From the human T2T-CHM13v2.0 reference genome, Homo sapiens: a stretch of DNA of 64,000 bases. The stretch is taken from assembly GCF_009914755.1 (NCBI RefSeq), contig NC_060947.1. The stretch is one strand, 5' to 3'. The position numbers and the translations under genes were made by a program. The notes below the pieces were generated by a model, which saw only the letters and a list, made by a program, of their open reading frames with translations, searched no databases and had not been told where the DNA came from. Positions 43,664-57,335 of the stretch are shown one piece after another; the first letter of the stretch is position 1; every line of letters begins with the position of its first letter.

Positions 43664-44846
43664 GACCTCAAGACCTCTCACTCCAAAACCACGCTCCAGA
43701 GATGGCTAGCTATAACTATTTGCTATTAATGCTGAAGGCTATAATAATTAGCATAATAAATGTTAGAAATAAGTTTTCATTGGTGAGAACCGTGGCTTGT
43801 TAATGTATGCAATGGTTGTTAAAATGGGTTCTTATTGGTGACGTTAATGGTATTCAAACTATGTAGTCAGACTAGAATATTTTAGCTTGAACAGGGTATA
43901 AAAATCTAATAGCTCCTACTTTCAGGGATGGCACTCTCAACCCAATCCCTAAAAGGTTCTGGGTCCTACTGCTGTATCCAGATAATTTTCAGTCCCTTGA
44001 CCTCAATAAGTGGTTAATTGAATCTGTGGCTGGAATATTATCACATTTTCTTCAGGTGAGCCTTTCATGCAAGAAAAAAAAAAACCCTGAGATCTGAAAC
44101 ATCATCAAGCTTCTACAACAGGTTTTATAAACTGTTTTGTGCCTTCTTGCTAATAAATGTTTATATGTGTGGCAGATTTTGGTCTGACATTTGCTTTTAT
44201 TCAAAACTGGCAGCAAGGTTGTGGGAAGGTAGCTAACCCCCTTGCTTTCCTCCAATTATTAGTGACTACTGAGACCTACCCATTAAACTTAATAGTTGTA
44301 CATAACCAAATCAGTTTAGGTCAGTTCACCACAGTACCTTAAGAATGCAAAAGAGGAGCTCTAATGTTAGAATCTCCATAAATCTCTGAAAAATCCCAGG
44401 AGCCACAAAAATTCTGAAGGGAAAATACTCAATTCAGTAGCAAACAGCAGTCTTTGTCATGTAGGCAAACAGGATATCTGGATGTCAGACGAGGAGATCT
44501 ACAACTTGTGGATTTGTAGAATCCACATTGAGAAGGATTTTCTGTGGCATGATCTCTCAAGGCGGATCTTGAAAAAATTTACATCTCAAATCCTTGAAAT
44601 CATGGAGTATTGATAAGCCTTTCACTGTCTTAGTTAACCCACACATCTTTAAAAATCTAAAATCTCTGGACAATGATTAATAGGAAAAAATCCTCTCTGT
44701 ATATTTAAGAGCCAGGCATGTTACACACATCTCTTTCAATTATTAAAGAAAAAAAGTCCCTTCAAGGAAAGTAAAGCTCAGAGAAGTTACCTGACTCATC
44801 CAGGGTTCCATGGCCTATAAGTGACACAGCTGGGGTTCAAGCTCTA

Positions 44847-45208
44847 TGTCTTAGTCCATTCCTGCTGCTATTACAAAATACCACAAACTGGGTAATTTAT
44901 ATGTTATAAAACTTATTTCTCAGTCTTGGAAGCTGGCAATTCCAAGATCAAGGTGCCACCAGGTTCAGTGTCTAGTGAGGGCCCAGCGTCTGCTTCCAAA
45001 ATGGTGCTTTGAATGCTGTGTTCTCACATGGTGAAGGGCAAGAGGGTCCTAGGGTGTTTCCTTCAACCTCTTTTATCAGGTCACTAGTCCCATTCATGAG
45101 GGCTCTGCCTTCATGACTTGATTACCTCCTAAATACCTCACCTCTCAATGCTACCACATTAGTGAATATGTTTCAACATTTGACTTCTAGGGAACATAGA
45201 CCATAGGA
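44847..45208 (-). mobile_element. MST-type MaLR solo LTR inserted in a MIR
   Basis: tgtcttagtccattcctgctgctattacaaaataccac...tccaagatcaaggtgcc...cccattcatgagggctctgccttcatgact. Confidence 0.8.
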
Positions 45209-45802
45209 CCCCATTTCTCTGACTCTTTCTGCTCCATACCATGCTGCTTCTCATCCTTTGAAAAGATAATGTGTGGATAGAAGGGGAAAAGTCAGGCAAG
45301 AGCAGAGCAGCATTCACAAAACATTCCTCTATTGCAAAGTAACTCTAACCTACCTCATTCCACTCCTCATAAACTTTGCTATCATGAGCAACTATGGGAA
45401 TATAAAAGAATCAAAAGACCCAATAATGTCAAACCACAGGGTCCCTGGCATACATAACACTGTGTGTTACTAACTCACTGTGAAACCTTCAGACTACATA
45501 TGTAGGCCATATAGCTTACATATCATATACAGTAGTACCTCTCTTACCTGCAAGGATGTGTTCTAAGATCCCCAGTGTATGCCTGAAACCTCAGATAGTA
45601 CTGGACCTGAATGCTATCAATAGGAGCACGTTTCTGTTGTCTTCCACAAATTTAATGCTTTTTGCTTCCTAACTAAGCACTTATCACACACTATAGCTGT
45701 AACTTTTGCAGTTTGAGGCATGATAGCAAAACTAGCACAAAATTTATTTTTCCTTCTTCACAATTTCATGTATAGAAGATTCATTCTTACTGTAGATCTT
45801 AG

Positions 45803-46159
<357 letters not shown>

Positions 46160-46294
46160 TCTTTCCTTATTAAGTTGAGAACTTTGACCTTTTCATTTAA
46201 AGGAAGCAGTTTACAGGTTCTCTTTGGCATATCCAAACTGCCAGCATCACTGCTCTTGTGCTTTGGGGTCATTATTAATTAAAATAAGAGTAAC

Positions 46295-46608
46295 TTCTTG
46301 GGGGTGGGAAGGTGTGGGGATATTTAATGGGTACAAAATAAAATATAAAGAATGAATAAGACAGCATTTGATAGCACAATAGGGTGACTATGGTTGATAA
46401 TAATTTAATTGTGTATTTTTAAATAACTAAAAGAGTATAACTGAATTGTTTTGTAACACAAAGGCTAAATGCTTGAGTGGTTGTATACCCCATTTTCCAT
46501 GATGTGATAATTTCACATTGCATGCCTGTATCAAAATATCTCATGTACCTCAAAAATATATACACTTTCTATGTACCCACAAAAATTAAAATAATAAATT
46601 TTAATAAA
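46295..46608 (+). mobile_element. 5'-truncated L1MA-type 3' end
   Basis: Homologous to 1230-1469; TSD aagagtaac at 46286-46294 and 46609-46617. Confidence 0.85.
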
Positions 46609-46819
46609 AAGAGTAACCTGAACATGAGCACTGCAATACTGCAACAGTCAATCTGATAAACGAGATGGCTACTAAGTGACATAGACAAGGTGAATACACT
46701 GGACAAAGAGATGATTCACATCCCAGGCAGGATGCAGTACAACAGCGTGAGATTTCATCATGCTCCCACAAAAGGCATACGATTTCAAATTTATGAATTA
46801 TTTGTTTCTGGAATTTTTC

Positions 46820-47554
46820 TTTTTCTTTTTTCTTTTTTTCTTTTTTTTTTTTACTAGAAGTTCATAGTTTACTTTAGGGTTTACTTTTGGTGTTATATTC
46901 CATGGGTTTAAAGAAATGTATAATGACATGTATCCACTATTATAGTATTATACAGAGTAGTTTTACTGCCCCCAAAATCATCTATGCTCCACCCCTTCAC
47001 CTCCACCCCCCAGCCCCTGGCGACCACTGATCTTTTCACTGTCTCCATAATCTTGTCTTTTCCAGAATGTCATCTAGTTGGAATCATACAGCATATAACC
47101 TTTTCAGATTGGCTCCCTTCACTTAGTAATATGCATTTAAGTTTCTTCCATGTCTTTTCATGGCTTAGTAACTCATTTCTTTCTTGCACTGAATGATATT
47201 CTATTCTCTGCATGCACCACAGTTTTTTTATTTGTTTGTTCTTTACTTATCAGTTTATATGCTGAAGGACACATCTTGGTTACTTCCAAGCTTTGGCAAT
47301 TATGAATAAAGCTAATAAACAAATATGTGCAGATTTATGTGTGACTATAAGTTTTCAACTCCTTTGGGTAGAAACCAAGAAGCTCCATTACTGAATCATA
47401 TGGTAAGATTATGCTTCGTTTTTTAAGAAACTGCCAAATTGTATTGCAAAGTGTCCCAAAATGTAGCATTCCCACCAGCAGGAAATGAGAGTTCCTGTTC
47501 CTCCACATCTTTGCCAGTATTTCTTGTCATTAGTGTTCTGAGTTTTGGCCCTTA
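46820..47554 (-). mobile_element. 5'-truncated old LINE-1 (L1MC-like)
   Basis: Poly-T tail; 16-bp TSD gtttctggaatttttc at 46804-46819 and 47555-47570. Confidence 0.85.
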
Positions 47555-48706
47555 GTTTCTGGAATTTTTCATTTAACATTGTGGACTGTAGTTGACCATG
47601 GGTAACTAAAACCATGGAAAATAAAACCATGGATAAGGGGAAACTACTGTATTTCACATATTATCACATTTTAGTTTCACAGTCACCTAAGAGACAGCTG
47701 CAATTATTTTTTTCAGTTTTACAGCCAAAGAGATGGAATTGGAGAGGATTAAATGACTTGCCCAATGTCACATAGCCACTTTATATCATTATAAAGACAG
47801 GAGTAAAACCCAGATCTGTGTGATTCCACATCCAGTACTTATCACCTCTTTACCTGATATTTCATACCTTCTATTAATTCACTCTTGTACTCCAAGAGAG
47901 CCTAAGATCCACTAGTTATGGTATGTATCTAATTCCAAGACTGTCAGGCTCTTGGATGGCCAAGCCCCAAACCCTTGCTGGAGGGCAAGTCATCCTGCCC
48001 CATCAAGCAGCCAGCTGGCCCCAGTTATGGTTTAGAAGGCTGAGCAACTCTTGTTTGGATTTTCTTTCTCTCTTTCTATTTTTTTTTTTTTCCATGATGA
48101 GGTCAGTAGGTTAAGCACCCTCTGCTTTGGAAATCTTCAAGGCACTTGAAAAGACAAAGCTTTTTATATCTGCAGAAAAGGAGACCCCTGTCACATTAAG
48201 AGAAACAATGAGTGCTGGTTCTACCCCTCAGGCATCTGGGTCTTGCTTGCCTCCCCTAGCTCTTAGCTGTTCCTCCCCTGCTCCCTCAACCATCCCCTAA
48301 ATTCACACTTGGTTCAGGAGAAAGTCATGGTTTTACAAATAGCTTCATGGTCATTGCTTTGAATTACCACAATCCCTTGGGTAAACTATGAGATTACAAA
48401 ATTTAACTTTAAAAGCAGTTGCTTTATGGCCAGCCAAGTCATGATACTGTCATCTTATCTCACATTATGATGACCTCATCCTCCACTGTGGGCCTGAGAT
48501 GCTAATCAAGAAAGGCCTAGACTTGGGGAGGTCCAGACAGTCAAGAGTCAGTGATGCCAACATCCGGAAAGCACAGTTTTGTCCTTCCTTCCTGGGGTGG
48601 TGAGGAGGAAGAAGCAACTGAGGGAACTGAGGAAGCATATGTTGCTGAACTCTGCTGCAGAGATTTTAGGTGGTAGTATGGCTATGCAAGCTTGTCTGGG
48701 TGGCAT

Positions 48707-49419
48707 TGTAACCACCCAATGGGTTCTTTCTGCTCACTGCACAAACAAAACCAATTTACGGCATTGCAGTAGAAAAAGAGTTTAATTGACATGAGGCCAG
48801 CCACACCCTGTGGAAAACAGAGTTATTACTCAAATCTATCTCCTTGAAGGCTCAAAGGTTAGAGGTTTTTTTCAAAGGTACTCAGGGGGAAAAGGTGGGG
48901 TGGCTAGCCAATGGATGCTCGCTGCTAATTTGGCTGGGGGGTGCAATCATAGGGGCATGGCAAATGATCCTCTTATGTGCTGAATAGATTCTTGGTGGGG
49001 CCACTGGAGCAGTTGGCAAAGGATCCAGATGAAGCCTGGTATCAGACACGCAAAAAAAAAAAACCTGAACAGATATGTCAAAATGCCAATATTAGGTTCT
49101 ACAATAGTGATGTCATCTGCAGGAGTAATTGGGGAAGTTGCATGTCTTGTGACCTTCAGAATAATGGCTGGCAATTGTTTATGTCTACACCTTAACAGAA
49201 TTTAGGCTTCTATCCTCCTCCTAGCCTGGTGATCTTTGATTAGTTTTACAAAGGTGGTTGAGTTTTGGGAGAGGGCTATTATCATTGAAACTGGAAGCTA
49301 AATATCTCTCAAAGTTAGCTTGGCAGCTTGAAGGTTAAAAGAAAGGGGGCATTGGCTAGATCAGATCTCCCCTCTGCCACTATTTTCTCACTGATACAAT
49401 TTTTGCAAAAGTGGTTTCA
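48707..49419 (-). mobile_element. LTR8-family (LTR8A/LTR8B-like) ERV1 solo LTR
   Basis: tgtaaccacccaatgggttc... to ...aatttttgcaaaagtggtttca; the minus strand starts TGAAACCACTTTTGCAAAAATT. Confidence 0.75.
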
Positions 49420-50401
49420 GTACTGTGATGATTTTCCAGTTCCATACCCTATCTAAGGCCATCTAACCCCCACTTATAGGTTTGTTCCCCCATCTCTACC
49501 AAACCCAGATTCTGGGATTCATCCTGCCCTGAATCAGTGAAAAACATAACTCCATCCATACCTCACCAGCTGAGGCTCAAGCAAGTGGCTTCTGGCTCAG
49601 CTATGATCTCAAAATTGCAGTCCAGTAACTGGGCTCTTGTCCCTTCCCTTATGTACAGGTACCGGCCTTGTACTCAGTTCCTGTGATGGGGCTTCTGTTT
49701 TATTCCCTCAATATCTGAGGCCCTGTAGTTCCCTAGGTACCCAAATTATTCCAGCATGGGAAAGGGTGTGTGGGGAGAAGGGGGCTTCCTGGCCAATCCT
49801 TTCAATCCCTGCCCAACCTGGGTCCTCTCCAGCAATTGGATTCCTTCAAATAAATTCACACATTTAAATTTTAAATGTTATCAGTTGGCTCCCTGGTAGG
49901 ACAGATGAATGAACAAGCATTCATCCATTTCTGCCTATTTTCTCTCCTGTCTCTTCCTTATTTCTGTTAGTCATATTAATATTTTTACTTTATCTGGATT
50001 TTTAACACATTGGTAATGTTCCCCTGCTACTTGCAGCCGGTCCTTCTTGATGCCAGATCCCTACCTAGACCTTTGTCTACAGCCTGCTGCCAAACTCCCT
50101 GGATGCTGTCTCTGTCTCCCTGTGGGGGCACCTATCTCTTGCCTGCTGCCAGGCCTCCTTGGCCCTGACTATTGGGCCTAAAATCTACTCTGGGCCCGTT
50201 GCTGAAACCTCCTCTTGCCACCAACTCTGTTCCCCTTGGGTGTGCCTTTCTCCCTAGATTCTACTCTAAGGAGTTTCTGGCATGACCATCCCCAGCTGCC
50301 AAGGGACACAATGGCACTCTTAGCCAACCCTATTTCCAATATTTTTAAATAATATGGAGAAAATTCTTTTTTTTTTCCAGTTTTAACTGAGACAACATTA
50401 G

Positions 50402-50693
<292 letters not shown>

Positions 50694-50879
50694 AAAATTA
50701 GAGTTTTTTGAAATGTACTTTCACCAATAAGTTACAGTAGGGGGAATAACATGCGCCCAAAAGACCAGAAATTTAATGGTTTACAGAATAAATGTGCATG
50801 TAATCACAGATTAGATTGGATGACAGTGTATCAGGCCATTTAGATATTTTCTTTCCTCTACTCTTTCCCCCAAATCCCA

Positions 50880-51198
<319 letters not shown>

Positions 51199-51278
51199 TA
51201 AAGGTTGTTTTGTTTTGTCCCAGGAAATGAGGGATTCAGCACTGTCACAGCCTCCTATTAAAAAAAAAAAAAAAAAGA

Positions 51279-51410
51279 GGCCAGACATGGTGGTTCATTC
51301 ATGCCTGTAATCTCGGCACTTTGGGAGGCCAAGATGGGAGGATCGCTTGAGCCCAGGAGTTTGAGGCCAGCCTGGACAACATAGTGAGACCCCATTTCTA
51401 TTCAAATAAA
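51279..51410 (+). mobile_element. FLAM-like Alu left monomer
   Basis: ggccagacatggtgg...gggaggatcgcttgagcccaggagtttgag...acatagtgagacccc. Confidence 0.85.
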
Positions 51411-53774
51411 ATTTTTAAAAAGACAGTAAATAAAAAATAATAATACAATTTCTTTTAAAATGACAGTGGACTGATAAGTAGCTAATAGTTCATGCCCAAA
51501 GGGAAAAAGACCCCATTTCACCTTTCCATGCCTCTTGCCATTGAGCAGGGCTTTGGCCTAGGCCTAAGCATGTCACAATCCTTACAGCCTCCAGACCTTA
51601 CTCATGCCCTCCTACAAGCTGAATGCCACTCCCCCTTCACTCCATTTATCTGAACCATACTTATTCTTCAAAACGCCAATCTAGTATCACCTCTTCCAGG
51701 AAGCACACCGTTCTCCTACTTCTCAACCACCTGCCGCTGTTAAAATCTACCCCACACAATTTAGCACTTGACTCAGTCAACTCTTAACTCCTAATGTTTA
51801 ATGTAAACTAGTTTAGACTCCACAATTAATACCATAAACATCCTTCTTGATCTCTCCCAGGGGCACTTAGCAAAAGTCTGAGCCTGTAGTTGGGGCTCAG
51901 CAAAGACATATTGAAGATACTCGTTCTCGAAAAAAATCAGGGGTTTCCATTCTTTTAGTATAAATGGTTAGAAAATGGAGTGTTCAAACACAGCCATCAA
52001 AAAAAAAAAAAAAAACATTCAGCATCCTGGGGAGCAGCTACCAAAGACACCACAGGTATTTCCAGGTCATTGAACCACAGAGTGTTAGAGCGGAAAGGAA
52101 TCTCAATCATCTATTCCCAAACTTTTAAACGGGTGTATGAATACCCCTGGGGGTCCATGGCAGTGTGCCAAAGGGGTCCACAAAGCCACAGAATAAACAT
52201 GGCATGCTTTTCTGGAGTATCAATTTTACTTGAGTATAAGAAATTTTAAAAATTTCTATATTAAAACAAATATAGCTATATCATGGAGGAGAATGCGAAC
52301 ACTGCTCTCATTTTTAGGATAGAACACAAGATCTCAAAGACACTTGGAGTTTGCAGTAGGCTGCTTTGGGTTACCCCATCCACCCCTCTCCCTTACCCAC
52401 GCTGAGGATTTCATTTTCACTTTCCTCTGTCATTAGGGTTATTTTAGTGAAAACTAAATAAATAAAAGTTTGAGACAGATTGATGTAGTCCAACCCCTTT
52501 TTCGCAGTTAGGATAACTGAGTCCCACAGGTGAGAAATAATTACATTGAGTTCAGCGAGAGCTAGGACCACAGTCTGCCTCCATCAGAATGTACATTTCT
52601 TCCCAGTGACTTGCTCAGGTGACTACTGACTGCTGACTACACTTCCTTGCTAACTCTGTTCCACAGCTTGTACCTTTCAGGATTTTTTTTCTTTCCAAGG
52701 GTTATACATCCTATCCTTAGGGAAATGTGTAGCACCAGCAGCACTGAGAGCAGGCCACACCCTTCCCTCGCTACAGCTTCAAATGCAGTGAATAATGATG
52801 CATGAAATGCATGTAACTGATGAAATTCATACCCCTCCCAGAAATAGGATGAAAGCCAATAATATCAGGGTGAGAGAGGCAAAAAAGGGAAGAGGTCCTG
52901 CTAATCAGAGGCCATAGCCAGAAAGCAAAGAGCTGATTTCAAGATCTTGCTTTTTCCCTTCTTTTGTGTAAGACCACCTCAGCAAGCCTCCAAGGAAACC
53001 GGGGCCTCAGTTTCCTTGGAGGTGACCCCACCTGGCTTCCCTGTCTCCTTCAGACTAAGGGAATAAAATAATCACTTCAGGTAAAAACAGGAAGTGACTC
53101 TGAATTCAAAAGAACTGAACTTCACTGTCATGTATATTCTTATTAGCAGGGGCTGCCTATAGATTTTCATATTTACATACATTTATTCACACCTTAAACC
53201 CACAACTCTCACTGTTACACAGACATATGGAAATTCTTCTGCACACTGTCACAAATACAAACATAAGCACACATCTGTGTTGAGAAAACCAACATTATGA
53301 TAGTCTGTCTCTACCCACACTTCTCCTCCCCCAACACCCAGCCCTAGATATACACCATTGAGACCCACATTCATATCACACACATCAGGTTGAGCAGTGA
53401 TCCCAGTTGCCAGGGTTAGAGCCACATTCCATGGTGTTCCATTCCTCTCAAAGAACTAACAGATCATTTCACAAAAATATCATCACCTGCCAACTAATGT
53501 CAAGTTACAGCCAGAATTAATGGTACATTACCCACCCCCATTACAGGTAGGCTCACAGGAGAATGACACCAGAGACAAAAGAGATTTGTGGCTCAGTGTC
53601 ACTGCAGGAGACTGACCAGACAGGTAAGATGGGGGGCTTGTCCCAGCCAAAGAGGTTTCCTTTCCTCTCTGGGCCCTAGAATTGGGGGTGGGAAAGTAGT
53701 CTGACTTTTCGCAGACTTCTCAAACTCTAGATACAGATCACCTAGGTTAAAAAAAAAATAAGAAAAAGACTGCT

Positions 53775-53989
53775 CCTTTCTTTATTTTTATTTTTTTCCA
53801 ACTTTTATTTTAGTTTCAGAGGGTACACGTGCGGGCTTGTTACATAGGCAAATTGCATGTCATGGGGGTTTGGTGTACAGATTATTTCATCACCCAGGTA
53901 ATAAGCATAGTACCCGATAGGTAGTTTTTTAGTCCTCACCCTCCTCCCACCCTCCACCCTCCACCCTCCACCTTCAAGTAGGCCCTGGT
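53775..53989 (-). mobile_element. Short L1PA15/16-like 3' end
   Basis: caacttttattttag...gggtacacgtgc...attatttcatcacccaggtaataagcatagtacccgataggtag; imperfect flanking repeat aagact(g)ctcct. Confidence 0.8.
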
Positions 53990-54089
53990 AAGACTCCTCT
54001 TTTAACATGGATTTTTTTTTTTTTTCCAGAAGATGATTGGGTCATGTTATGCTACTTTTTCTTTTGAATAAGACCCCAACTACTTCAGA

Positions 54090-54860
54090 AAAGTGTAGTG
54101 ATCAACAGCATGGTCTCTAGAGCCGGATGACAGGTCTGAATTTCAGCCCCATCACATACTAGTTGTATGACCTTGAGCAAGTTATTTAACCTCTTTAGCC
54201 CTCAGTTTCACAGATCTGTTAAAAATCGGGATAATAATAGCATCTTCCTCGTGGTGGTATGATGTGATTTAAATTTAAAGCTCTTAGAAAAGTGCCTGGC
54301 CCTTAAGAGGCTCAATAAATGGAATTATACAAAGGAGTAATTTCCTGTTTTTCCCAGGCCTTCACTACCTCACTACCTGCTTGCCCACCCACAGCTGACA
54401 ATGTGGTCACCCTGTTTCTGAGTCACGCCTTCTAGAGCCCAGAGAGAACAAGACTGGCCCAATATCACACAGAAAGATTAATAGGATTGGAATTGATTGC
54501 TTTGGGGTGACTCAGCAGGCCAGTGGCCAGTGTTCTTATCTACTTCATCTCCTCCTTAGGAAAAAATGAGCATAGTTAGAGGAAACCTTGGGAGGAAATA
54601 TGGCTGGGGCCAGGCAGGATGTAAATAATATTAAGAACAATGACAACTTAATATGTGCCAGGCACAGCTTTAAGTACTTTCTGTGTATTTTATTCAAACC
54701 TCACAGCAACCCTATGAATTGATAACTACCATCATCACCTGCATCATACCTAAGAGAAAACTGAGGCTCCAACACCTAGAATGGCTTAAAGCTGGGGTTA
54801 TGAACCCAGGCAGTCTAACACCAGAGATGGAGTGTTCAACCACTACACTATACTGCTTTC
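54090..54860. mobile_element. Two MIR elements (~54090-54320 and ~54640-54860)
   Basis: tgaccttgagcaagttatttaacctctttagccctcagtttc; tatgtgccaggcacag...cctcacagcaaccctatga...gaaaactgaggctc. Confidence 0.7.
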
Positions 54861-55084
54861 CACATAAAGCAAAGAAAACAGAAGGAGAGAGGAGGCAGGA
54901 ACAAAAGACAATGGAGCGATACAAGTTCTTTTTGAAGTAAGTTGATTGAGGCAGTCTAGTGTTTTGGTTAAGCACTAATTTAAGACCAAGGTTTAAAAAG
55001 TAACTGGGTTTAAGGCTTGCCTCTGCTACTAGTTATTGATTTTCTTTGGACCTTAGCTTCCTCATCTGTAAAATGGATTTCATA

Positions 55085-55415
55085 GGCCAGGCGTGATGGT
55101 TCACATCTGTAATCCCAGCACTTTGGGAGGCCAAGGCAGGAGGATTGCTTGAGGCCAGGAGTTTGAGACCAGCCTGGGCAACATAGTGAGACCTCATCTC
55201 TACAAAAAACAATTGTTTTTTAATTAACTGGGCGTGGCGGTACCTGCTTGTAGTCCTAGATACTCAGGAGGCTGAGGTGAGAGGATCTCTAGAGACCAGG
55301 AGTTCAAGGCTATACAGGGAGCCATGATTGTGCCACAGCACTCTAGCCTGAGTGACAAAGTGAGATCCTGTCTCTAAAAAAGTAAATAAATAAAAATAAA
55401 ATAAAATAATTAAAA
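55085..55415 (+). mobile_element. AluJ inserted in a MIR
   Basis: ggaggattgcttgaggccaggagtttgag J-type; MIR cttagcttcctcatctgtaaaatgg precedes it. Confidence 0.88.
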
Positions 55416-55890
55416 ACTAACTAGTATTTCTTAGAGTTGTGATAAGGTTTACAGAAGATAATGCACATAACATGCCAAGGGCAGTACTTAACACACCTAC
55501 ATAAGTACTCAGTAAGAGCAACTAATGTCATTGGTTATTCCACCTTCAGGATTTGCCTAGCTATACAGCTCCCCCTGCCCGTTCCCAGGGAATACCAATT
55601 AGGAAGGAAAAAAATTGTAAATTGTCCAGAAAATGAAGAACTGGGCAGAGTAACAGTTCTAGACATCCTTTCCCATCTCTCAGGGGTATGTGTGGGCATG
55701 GGGTGGGGGGTGGTTAGCGAGCACCAGCATTATTAGCATCACTGTCTCCTTTCTCAAGGAACAGAGCCTGCCAGATTATCCCCCAGCCTTTGGTTGCTTA
55801 TAGACTGAGTCAGAACTCTTTTTTTCCTTCAGTTTTGTTTTTCCACATCCTTTTCACATCAACCCTGTGAGGTATTGGGAAAGGAGGAAG

Positions 55891-56773
55891 TAATCTCAAA
55901 TGTGTTAAATGTCTTCCATGTGGTGGACACAATGCTGGCACTTTCCATCAGTGCCCAATACCTCACAATACCACTGTGAAGGGATGCACTTATCCTCACT
56001 TTATAAATGATGTCCTGAATCCAGGGAAGGTTTGCTTTCTTTATTAACGTACATTTTCCTCTCATCCGATATATTCAATACTACTCTGGTCTGAGGTTGC
56101 ATCCTGCTGAGGATTTTCCGTAAACTAAACTATAGGGAAATTTCACTGTCCTCAACATGCCAATCTTTGCATAATCCTAAATCCCATGAGTTGAGAATAA
56201 TTTGCCACCAGTGGAGCTGAGATCAATTTATGACTCTGCTATTTACTTGTTAGGATTCTGTACTAGTCACTTAACCTCCCCCTCTATTTCCTCATTTCTA
56301 ATATGGGGATAATGACAACTTCTGCTCCATGAGGTTGTGAAAATAAAATAACTTCCTTGAAAGTGCTCTGTCAACTGAGATGCTTGACATGGAAACATTA
56401 TTTAAAACAGAACCATCAGATAGCTTAATCTCAAAAGAGCCCCAGATGGGCAATGGAATACCTGTATCTCTGACCTTCGATCAAGTAGGACTCCAGATTT
56501 GCCAACTGCGGTTGGCGACTTTGGGAATGTTGGGGGACAGAGAATGCAGAAATACCCTGAAGTGGCTGTTGAGGAAATGATCTTTGCCATAATCAGTGTG
56601 TAATCTATATCATCATGGAGACATCTAAATCTTTTATATAACATGCTTCTCAAAGCAGTTTCATTTATACTATTTCATGTGGCACTCAATACTCATTTGA
56701 GGTACTGAGCACTGATGGAAAGTGCCCAGCATTGTGTCCACCACATGGAAGACACTTAACACATTTGAGATTA
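55891..56773. repeat. 75/76-bp inverted repeat (arms 55891-55965 and 56698-56773) with 732-bp spacer
   Basis: The reverse complement of arm 2 matches arm 1 at 72 of 75 positions plus one 1-nt indel. Confidence 0.95.
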
Positions 56774-57114
56774 AATTAAAATTGTTCCACTTGCTTCGTT
56801 ACAACTTTCCTCTTCCCGCAAGTGGTTCATCTGAATTTGCAAAATCCTTCCCATCTTCCCTTTGGGGCCCATTCATTACAAAGGACACCTTAGTCCAGAA
56901 CCAGGCCCTAAACCTCCAGATGAGTCTTTCTGAATCCACACAGCACTGTGCACTTGACACTGTCTTGTACTCCAGTCATTTATGTACTTGTCTTAACCTC
57001 TTCCCTTCCTTTTCCACCTTCCCACTAAATTCAAAAACTCTTTGAAGAAGGAAGAAAGAAGAAAGATTGATTTCTTTGTATTTCACCAACCTAATAGTTG
57101 CTTTATGTCAGTCT

Positions 57115-57335
57115 CATTTTATAAAGCTTTTAATTATGGAAATTTTCATATGTAATTTCATATATATATATAAAGTATAATTAAACACCAATATACCCCT
57201 CACCCAGCTTAACAATTAGCGACACAAGGACAATAATCGCATCTATACCTCCACTCCTTCTGCCTTCTTACTTTGAATAATTTAATAGCAAATCCCAGAC
57301 AGCGTATGATTTCATCCATAAATACTTCAATATGA
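57115..57335 (-). mobile_element. Old L1 (L1ME-like) 3' fragment
   Basis: tttaattatggaaattttca...tacccctcacccagcttaacaatt...gcaaatcccagacagcgtatgatttcatccataaatacttca. Confidence 0.65.

Noticed and set aside
55859-57045. Near-identical peptide SIVSTTWKTxNTFEI in two opposite-strand ORFs
   Set aside because: A by-product of the DNA inverted repeat; no evidence of coding function.
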